Positions 7,597 to 13,021 of a stretch of 14,072 nt of DNA are shown here, in pieces. Source of the DNA: an uncultured virus (IMG/VR IMGVR_UViG_3300012012_002042) (lineage: Duplodnaviria > Heunggongvirae > Uroviricota > Caudoviricetes); the IMG/VR virus record IMGVR_UViG_3300012012_002042; one strand, written 5' to 3'. The position numbers and the translations under genes are program-made. Each line of letters begins with the position of its first letter. Within the stretch, counting starts at the first letter, position 1. The notes beneath the pieces were generated by a model. It was not told where the DNA came from, ran no database searches, and worked only from the letters and a program-made list of their open reading frames with translations.

Positions 7597-8185
7597 ACTC
7601 GCAATGCCGCAGGACTTGACTGCGGTCGGACGAATGGCCTGGAGAATTATTTACGACCTCCTGCAAAAGCATGAACTGACGTTTACAGGAGGCTGCAACG
7701 TCTTCCGCTCGCCGAAATACTGGGAGGAACGCAAAGAGGAATACTTCAACCGGGAAAACTCCGAGTTGATTCTGGTTTATGACGGCGCCGCGGTCAAAGA
7801 ATTGTGCAGCCTGGGCGCGGAGCAATATGCCTTGAACAACGAGTTCCAGAAAGCGCTGGAAAACGTGGGCCTGACATTCGAGGAAGGCGCACACTGGTTC
7901 GGTGCTGTTAGTAAGCGTAATTCCTTTCGGGACGAGATGCGGAGAATCCGCGGGATGATCAAACACGCCCCTCGAGAAGACCTGGTGGAGATCGTGACCA
8001 GCATTGCAGACGGCATGTATGAAGACGAATCCGAAATCGAGAAGGATGGAGCGTCCCGAGGGCTGCTCTACGATGCCGGCAAGAAAGTGAGCGGTGGAGA
8101 CCTGATCGGCATTGCCGCCAATGCATTGACCCGGGCAGGCTTCGAGCCAGACTTCAATCGGGATTTCGACGATGAAGCTCAGTAA
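7586..8185 (+). CDS. Hypothetical protein (199 aa; TGGC...SP..W..R.EEY...LVYDG pattern)
   Basis: 11-bp overlap with the upstream gene. Globular N-terminal domain plus an acidic helical C-terminus. Confidence 0.8.
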   Translation: MNPELAMPQDLTAVGRMAWRIIYDLLQKHELTFTGGCNVFRSPKYWEERKEEYFNRENSELILVYDGAAVKELCSLGAEQYALNNEFQKALENVGLTFEEGAHWFGAVSKRNSFRDEMRRIRGMIKHAPREDLVEIVTSIADGMYEDESEIEKDGASRGLLYDAGKKVSGGDLIGIAANALTRAGFEPDFNRDFDDEAQ

Positions 8186-8528
8186 TTACGAGCGGGTAGT
8201 CCCGCGTGATCTGTTCAATGAGGCGAACCTGCTGAAGTGTATTGGAAAGCTGGTTCTCGAGATCGAAGAGGGACGTTTGCCGTGGCTGACCTACATAAAT
8301 GATGGCAAACGCTTCGAGATTGCGCAGGACGACAGCGACGGCAGTCTGGAAGTGGTAAATGTGCGCTTCTACTATCGGGATAGAACGCGTTTGCATTTTA
8401 TCCGCCCACTGAACGCGCGTTCCGGCTGGTCGCTGTATTACGCGACGGCCGACGAGTGGGTGTTCGACGAATGTGGTCACGTAAACTTGACGGAACAGAT
8501 GGTTCGGGAAAATACTCAACAGGAATAA
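8172..8528 (+). CDS. Conserved-looking phage hypothetical protein (118 aa; YxRVVPRDLFNEAxLLKC)
   Basis: The N-terminal motif YERVVPRDLFNEANLLKCIGKL resembles a phage hypothetical family as I recall it (not searched). Confidence 0.75.
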   Translation: MKLSNYERVVPRDLFNEANLLKCIGKLVLEIEEGRLPWLTYINDGKRFEIAQDDSDGSLEVVNVRFYYRDRTRLHFIRPLNARSGWSLYYATADEWVFDECGHVNLTEQMVRENTQQE

Positions 8529-8530
8529 TC

Positions 8531-8800
8531 ATGGAATACACACCACAGAATTATGACATCCCAATCTTCGAGGACGAATTCCCCGAGGCCGCGGCTGTCC
8601 TGTATCGGATCTACGAATGGAGCATCAGAGGACTGTTCGGCATCTTCGAACACAATGGTGGGTGGGAGTTTTACGCGCAACGAGCGGCCCTGCGAAACAT
8701 ACCTCGCGCCTCACAGCCGTGTGGTTGTGGTAGCGGGCGGAAATTCCTCCAGTGCTGCCGGGAATTCATCAACGATTGGGTGAACATGTGCCACGTCTGA
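8531..8800 (+). CDS. SEC-C (SecA C-terminal type) metal-binding motif protein (89 aa)
   Basis: ATG at 8531, with AGGA about 6 nt upstream. PCGCGSGRKFLQCC matches the SEC-C consensus CxCGSGxKxxxCC. Confidence 0.8.
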   Translation: MEYTPQNYDIPIFEDEFPEAAAVLYRIYEWSIRGLFGIFEHNGGWEFYAQRAALRNIPRASQPCGCGSGRKFLQCCREFINDWVNMCHV

Positions 8801-8801
8801 T

Positions 8802-9254
8802 ATGGGAGGATTCGCAGCTCTCCCAGATCACCAGACGATGGCCTGTCCATTCTGCGGTGATCGCACGAAATCCAAAGTGACGCAGACGAGATATTTGCAC
8901 AACGACACCATAATCCGGCGGCGTCGGGAATGTGCGAACGGACACCGCTACTCCACCTGTGAGCGCATAGCGGCTCCGGAAGATCGGGCAGAAATCTCCG
9001 GCGTGGTTTCGATCGCCCGAATAGCTACGGTGGTGTTCCCGTCTCTGTATCGGGATTTTCTGCTGACTCACTTTATTCCAAGACTGCGTGATTGCGGTCA
9101 CATGGGTAATGTGTTTGCTCGTGATGTGACGTTGGGTGCCGTGCTTGCGATGGGGCGGCAATTGTGGACTGAGGCGGAAGCGGAGCTGGCCATTGACTGG
9201 CTGCGGAAGCTCCTGGAAAAATGGACCACGGCGAACCAATTCGAATTCAATTAA
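8802..9254 (+). CDS. NrdR-like N-terminal Zn-ribbon protein with an unrelated C-terminus (150 aa; alternative start 8838)
   Basis: MACPFCG...SKVTQTR...IRRRRECANGHRYSTCE matches the NrdR Zn-ribbon signature (CPFC...RRRREC...RFTTxE). No ATP-cone is recognisable, so it is not called nrdR. Confidence 0.75.
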   Translation: MGGFAALPDHQTMACPFCGDRTKSKVTQTRYLHNDTIIRRRRECANGHRYSTCERIAAPEDRAEISGVVSIARIATVVFPSLYRDFLLTHFIPRLRDCGHMGNVFARDVTLGAVLAMGRQLWTEAEAELAIDWLRKLLEKWTTANQFEFN

Positions 9255-9731
9255 ATGGCAATACGCAAAATCAAATGTGATTCCGGCCTGACCGGCTGGA
9301 TGGACAAACTCCAGAATGTTTACAAGTCCTACGCAGAGTTCCAAGGGTATTGCGACAATTACAATATTCACGGACGGCTTGGATTTGACTGCGTAGGCGA
9401 TGCCTGGCTGTCGAACCCGTGGATCCAAGGTTCTGTGAGTCCATCTGATCTGCGCATCTGCAAACCCAGTGAGGTGCGTCGCAAGACCCGGCCAAAGACC
9501 AAGTGGTGGATTGTCACAGGACGCACTTGCGGGAGGGATGAAGACGTATTGGCAGTAGTCAGAGTGCGCGATGAAGAGGCCGCCACCGAGAAGTTTGCGA
9601 AAATGTTGACGGGAGCCGATTACCACAAGGATTGGCGTGATTGGGGCAGTATGAAGGAGCCCCCTCACCCGCCCATTTACATCAACTCCACAGTGGAGTG
9701 CGGAAAAACGAAACCAAAAATCTGGAGCTGA
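9255..9731 (+). CDS. Two-module hypothetical protein (158 aa)
   Basis: Abuts the previous stop. N-module GW...RLGF...AWxxNPxIQGS, a basic linker, then C-module WIVTGR...DED...A...F...IYIN. Confidence 0.8.
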   Translation: MAIRKIKCDSGLTGWMDKLQNVYKSYAEFQGYCDNYNIHGRLGFDCVGDAWLSNPWIQGSVSPSDLRICKPSEVRRKTRPKTKWWIVTGRTCGRDEDVLAVVRVRDEEAATEKFAKMLTGADYHKDWRDWGSMKEPPHPPIYINSTVECGKTKPKIWS

Positions 9732-9944
9732 ATGAAAATCATTTCCGAAATGGAGCGGCTGCTCCAATTGCTTGATAGTCCATTTAAGCATGAAGGCGAG
9801 ACCCAGGAACTGACAGACCTTTATGAGCGTCATGTTTCTTCGGAACGCATCGACGCACTGATCGGCGCGCTGAAGACGATGGAAGGTGCCAGTGGATTCT
9901 GGGTGGATTGCAAAACCGCCCTAGACAAACTCAACCAACAATAG
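9732..9944 (+). CDS. Small helical hypothetical protein (70 aa)
   Basis: The ATG directly abuts the previous TGA. Confidence 0.7.
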   Translation: MKIISEMERLLQLLDSPFKHEGETQELTDLYERHVSSERIDALIGALKTMEGASGFWVDCKTALDKLNQQ

Positions 9945-9945
9945 A

Positions 9946-10056
9946 ATGCCTTGTAAAAAATGCGGAAAAGAAACTGAAATGCCATTCCATACGTGCTCGG
10001 GCTATCCCGGGATTGCGGGCGCGCTCGTAATCGCCGCCGCGCAGCCATCGTGCTGA
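9946..10056 (+). CDS. Micro-protein with CxxC...HxC (36 aa, MPCKKCGKETEMPFHTCSG...)
   Basis: Not in the ORF track (<60 aa). The ATG is 1 nt after the stop at 9944, and the ORF fills the gap up to the next gene. Confidence 0.5.
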   Translation: MPCKKCGKETEMPFHTCSGYPGIAGALVIAAAQPSC

Positions 10057-10241
10057 AACAGATTGACGCCCGAATATCAGCAATCTCTGGCAACTGGCCC
10101 GACGAGTCTCGCGCACTGCGCTGCCTCAAGACGGCGATTGAGTGGATGATTGATGACATGTCCTGCCCCGACGAAGCCACGAAGGAATTTTACGCCAAAC
10201 GTCTCACCACTCTCTGCGACCAATGGGAGGCTACACCATGA
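10050..10241 (+). CDS. Hypothetical protein (~63 aa; start uncertain, 9993 or 10050)
   Basis: The stop forms an ATGA overlap with 10238. GTG at 10050 overlaps the end of the 9946 micro-ORF. Confidence 0.55.
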   Translation: MLKQIDARISAISGNWPDESRALRCLKTAIEWMIDDMSCPDEATKEFYAKRLTTLCDQWEATP

Positions 10242-10609
10242 GCCCTGAAGCACAACGAATCGCGATTGCGGAGGCGTGCCCATTCGTGGAGTGGAACGGC
10301 GACGCTCCATTCTGGCGAGATGCCCGAGGCTCGATCATAAGATTCGACCCACTCAACGACCTCAACGCCATGCACGAGGCGGAGAACGCTGTGTTGGGTT
10401 TGCGATATTTCGAGACAGGGGAGGACAATCCGCTTGCGACCGTTTACTGGCTTTCACTGGGGAGACTACTTCGGAGACAGGCCGCACATTTGTCTGCGAC
10501 CGCCGCCCAACGCGCCGAAGCCTTCTGCCGAACCGTGCCGAGCAAACAAAACTCGTCACTCTCAATTTGGGAGTGGAATGAAAGGAACAACGCGAATGCT
10601 CGAGCATAA
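10238..10609 (+). CDS. Phage protein, probably ABA-sandwich-like family (123 aa)
   Basis: The pattern QRIAIAEAC...DPLNDLNAMHEAE...ATAAQRAEAF is typical of a widespread phage family. The fold assignment is from memory. Confidence 0.6.
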   Translation: MSPEAQRIAIAEACPFVEWNGDAPFWRDARGSIIRFDPLNDLNAMHEAENAVLGLRYFETGEDNPLATVYWLSLGRLLRRQAAHLSATAAQRAEAFCRTVPSKQNSSLSIWEWNERNNANARA

Positions 10610-10943
10610 AGCCCGCGCATTCCTGGAAGCCCGTGGAGAAACCACAGACGACTGGGAAGGTACTTGCGGCGAACTGGCGAACGAGATTGTCAGGCCGGAT
10701 GATGACATCATCTACGTCGAGGGATGTGCCCGCTGGCGCTTTCACATGGTGCCTCTCATCGACGGATTGATTCATGATGCCTGGTGTGAGGGCCCGCCGC
10801 TCCCGATCGCGGAGTGGTTGGCAAAAATGTTTTGGGGAGAGGAAATTGAATTATCACTGAACGGAGAAACGATTTACACGGGAACAGCACATGAATATTC
10901 AAGCAGGAATGCGCTGCGTGAGACGCAGCCACTGATGCAATGA
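10596..10943 (+). CDS. Hypothetical protein, candidate papain/transglutaminase-fold Cys-His-Asp enzyme (115 aa)
   Basis: AGGA lies 9 nt upstream of the ATG at 10596. GTCGELA (C24), WRFHMVP (H50), GLIHDAW (D61). Confidence 0.6.
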   Translation: MLEHKARAFLEARGETTDDWEGTCGELANEIVRPDDDIIYVEGCARWRFHMVPLIDGLIHDAWCEGPPLPIAEWLAKMFWGEEIELSLNGETIYTGTAHEYSSRNALRETQPLMQ

Positions 10944-11245
10944 GCCAGAACTTACCGATCGAAATGATTGAGGCGGAACGGAGCCGGCAGATCGAGGTCA
11001 AAGGTTGGACCCTGGAGCACGATGACGGACACACGGATCACCAGCTCGCCATGTATGCCGGCCTGCTAGCGATTCCTGCGAGTCATCGTAGTCTTGCACT
11101 CCGGAGACTGCTGTTCCCGACGTCGGCGTGGCTTGCAGGGGCAATCAAGGACCCAAGCGATGAGGATGAACGTCTGCAGGAACTGGCAAAAGCCGGCGCT
11201 TTGATTGTGGCTGAGATGGAGAGGATTCAAAGATCTAAACGATGA
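10940..11245 (+). CDS. Phage ERxRQ...HDD...KAGALIxAExER family protein (101 aa)
   Basis: IEAERSRQIEVKGWTLEHDD...LAKAGALIVAEMERI is a recurrent all-helical phage family of uncertain function. Confidence 0.8.
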   Translation: MSQNLPIEMIEAERSRQIEVKGWTLEHDDGHTDHQLAMYAGLLAIPASHRSLALRRLLFPTSAWLAGAIKDPSDEDERLQELAKAGALIVAEMERIQRSKR

Positions 11246-11259
11246 TGAAAAAGATTCCA
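11237..11259 (+). repeat. Direct repeat copy 1 (23 bp)
   Basis: AAACGATGATGAAAAAGATTCCA; 22/23 identical to 11543-11565. Confidence 0.85.
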
Positions 11260-11364
11260 CCACACTGTCCACATGACAAGCCGTGGGGTGAATGCGCGGC
11301 GTGTGACCATGCTTCGGATATTGCGTTTGATGCGGCTCGGGAGCAGCGCCATTTCGGACGATGA
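11242..11364 (+). CDS. Micro Zn-binding protein (40 aa, MMKKIPPHCPHDKPWGECAACDHASDIAFDAAREQRHFGR)
   Basis: Not in the ORF track. ATGA overlaps at both ends (11242-11245 and 11361-11364). CPH-x6-CxxC. Confidence 0.7.
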   Translation: MMKKIPPHCPHDKPWGECAACDHASDIAFDAAREQRHFGR

Positions 11365-11588
11365 GCATGACTTGTCCGAAGTGTATGGGTGGCGGGAAAA
11401 TTCCGTTCGGTCCGTTTCGAATACACAATGCGCTCGGCATGCCCACTACGATGCAAAAGTGTCCTTGCTGCAGTGGTGGCGGGAAGCATATCGGATGCGG
11501 CTGCTCTTGCTGCTACACCGGGAAGCAGAATTCCAAAAATAAAAACGATGATGAAAAAGACTCCAGCCACCTTCAACGAACAGTATGA
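11361..11588 (+). CDS. DnaJ-type CxxCxGxG Zn-finger mini-protein (75 aa)
   Basis: CPKCMGGG and CPCCSGGG repeats plus CGCSCC. ATGA start overlap. No J-domain. Confidence 0.65.
   Translation: MSMTCPKCMGGGKIPFGPFRIHNALGMPTTMQKCPCCSGGGKHIGCGCSCCYTGKQNSKNKNDDEKDSSHLQRTV
11543..11565 (+). repeat. Direct repeat copy 2 (23 bp)
   Basis: AAACGATGATGAAAAAGACTCCA; 306 bp downstream of copy 1. Confidence 0.85.
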
Positions 11589-11625
11589 AGTCAGCCTGGA
11601 TTACAAAAAGCCTGACAAATCGTGA
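11548..11625 (+). CDS. Micro-ORF or gene remnant (25 aa, MMKKTPATFNEQYEVSLDYKKPDKS)
   Basis: Starts within repeat copy 2 exactly as the 11242 ORF starts within copy 1. The stop forms a GTGA overlap with 11622. Confidence 0.4.
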   Translation: MMKKTPATFNEQYEVSLDYKKPDKS

Positions 11626-12038
11626 ACGCCTTCATCCTCACATTTGACGGAGACAGGCTTCTCAACCGCAAGACGCTGGAAAAGCATTTATCCCAAGAGG
11701 CCTTCGAGAAAATCCAGGCCGGCGGAGATATTTATTCCATCGACGAATTGCCTCCGCTCGGAAGCAATCAGGCCGTGGAGCTGCATGGAGATGAGTGGAA
11801 ACCTCCGGAGGAGTGCCTCACCTACGATGACGTCGTCATTTGTTCCTGCTGCAACAAGCCAGTGCTGTTCCGGGACTCCTGGTCGCCGGAAGACGAGGCG
11901 CTGTGTTCGGAGTGTGATACGGAGGTCACGGGAAGGAAGCACAGCCCCACGTTGCCTGTGACGTTTGAGGCATTGCGGCTTTTTGATAAATTTGGAAAGT
12001 CTCCTGAACCAGTATATCGGGAAGCGGGTCACGATTGA
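11622..12038 (+). CDS. Hypothetical protein with Zn ribbon (138 aa; 3' end possibly frameshifted)
   Basis: GTG start in a GTGA overlap. ICSCC...LCSEC. Confidence 0.7.
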   Translation: MNAFILTFDGDRLLNRKTLEKHLSQEAFEKIQAGGDIYSIDELPPLGSNQAVELHGDEWKPPEECLTYDDVVICSCCNKPVLFRDSWSPEDEALCSECDTEVTGRKHSPTLPVTFEALRLFDKFGKSPEPVYREAGHD

Positions 12039-12109
12039 GTGTCTGAGGGAATTGCAGAGAGAAATCGAGAAAGTTTTGAACCAAACCGCAAAAGTATTTA
12101 CCAAACCAA

Positions 12110-13021
12110 ATGACCAATAATAAAACAGTGATTCAAGTGGTGGCCGGAGAGTTTATCCCGGATCCCGAAGAACCAGGAGAGATGATGCAGATGAACACGC
12201 AGGTGTCCTGCCTGGATTGTGTCACAGTCATGATCCACGCCCCTGTGGAATACCGGATTCACGTGCTGCTCCGTGCAGTTTATGCCGCCATGACCGGATT
12301 AGGATATGCGCCTGAAACCCTGGCAAAATTCATGAAATCCCCGGAGGAACTCTGGAAGATGCAGGACGCAGACGACGCAGACNNNNNNNNNNNNNNNNNN
12401 NCCGCAGTCGACGCCGTAGCAGCAATGGCTGCTGATATGAAAGCCGCTGTCGAAAAGGACAATCCGCCCCCGGATCTGTTTGAGATTATTCTGAAGAAGG
12501 GTCAGGAATTGGCTGGCGGTGCGGATAAACTGACGGCGAAGGAATTCTCCAATTGGGTTCGCATAGCAACTCCAGACCCCGACAAGCCGAATGTCAGAAC
12601 TTTACAGTTCAAACATGCCGCCAATCGTCCTGCGTGGGCAATCAAAATGGCAGAGTTGTCCACTAGCGGAATGTTGGTTATGGAGGGCTCAGGTCATCAG
12701 GTCGTTCCGCTGCCCGCGGGCATAGACTGTAATGCTCCAATGTCGACTTTGCGGTTGCCGAAAGGTTCGAATGCTGAAATGACAGCGGCTGAGCTGATGA
12801 AGAACGCCTTTCATACGTTGCGGTTGAAGTTTCCCATCTCCCGAGAGTTGTTCGACACGCATGTCAAATGTGAAGTTGGGCAGAATGGGAAAGGGGAAAA
12901 GAAAATGCTTATTTTCACCTTTCCGAAAACCGACAATCCGCCGCCTTGGTTGGGCCTTGCGATAGATGCATTCATTCAGACCAATAAGGAAATGGAAAAA
13001 CTATACGGGTTCGAACCATGA
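12110..13021 (+). CDS. Hypothetical protein (~303 aa, spans an assembly gap)
   Basis: Open on both sides of the N-run. The stop is coupled by ATGA to the methyltransferase. Continuity across the gap is unproven. Confidence 0.65.
   Translation: MTNNKTVIQVVAGEFIPDPEEPGEMMQMNTQVSCLDCVTVMIHAPVEYRIHVLLRAVYAAMTGLGYAPETLAKFMKSPEELWKMQDADDADXXXXXXXAVDAVAAMAADMKAAVEKDNPPPDLFEIILKKGQELAGGADKLTAKEFSNWVRIATPDPDKPNVRTLQFKHAANRPAWAIKMAELSTSGMLVMEGSGHQVVPLPAGIDCNAPMSTLRLPKGSNAEMTAAELMKNAFHTLRLKFPISRELFDTHVKCEVGQNGKGEKKMLIFTFPKTDNPPPWLGLAIDAFIQTNKEMEKLYGFEP
12383..12401. other. Assembly/scaffold gap (19 N)
   Basis: Run of N flanked by low-complexity GACGCAGACGACGCAGAC and CCGCAGTCGACGCC. Confidence 0.99.

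Noticed and set aside
8802..9254. Calling this gene nrdR
   Set aside because: Only the Zn ribbon matches. No ATP-cone is recognisable and the fourth Cys is replaced.
8769..9833. 354-aa minus-strand ORF
   Set aside because: It is antisense to + strand genes that have recognisable motifs and tight junctions, and it has no motif of its own. Most likely a shadow ORF.
11273..11542. 89-aa + strand ORF from the track
   Set aside because: It overlaps two alternative-frame genes (11242..11364 and 11361..11588) that have ATGA coupling and clear Cys motifs.
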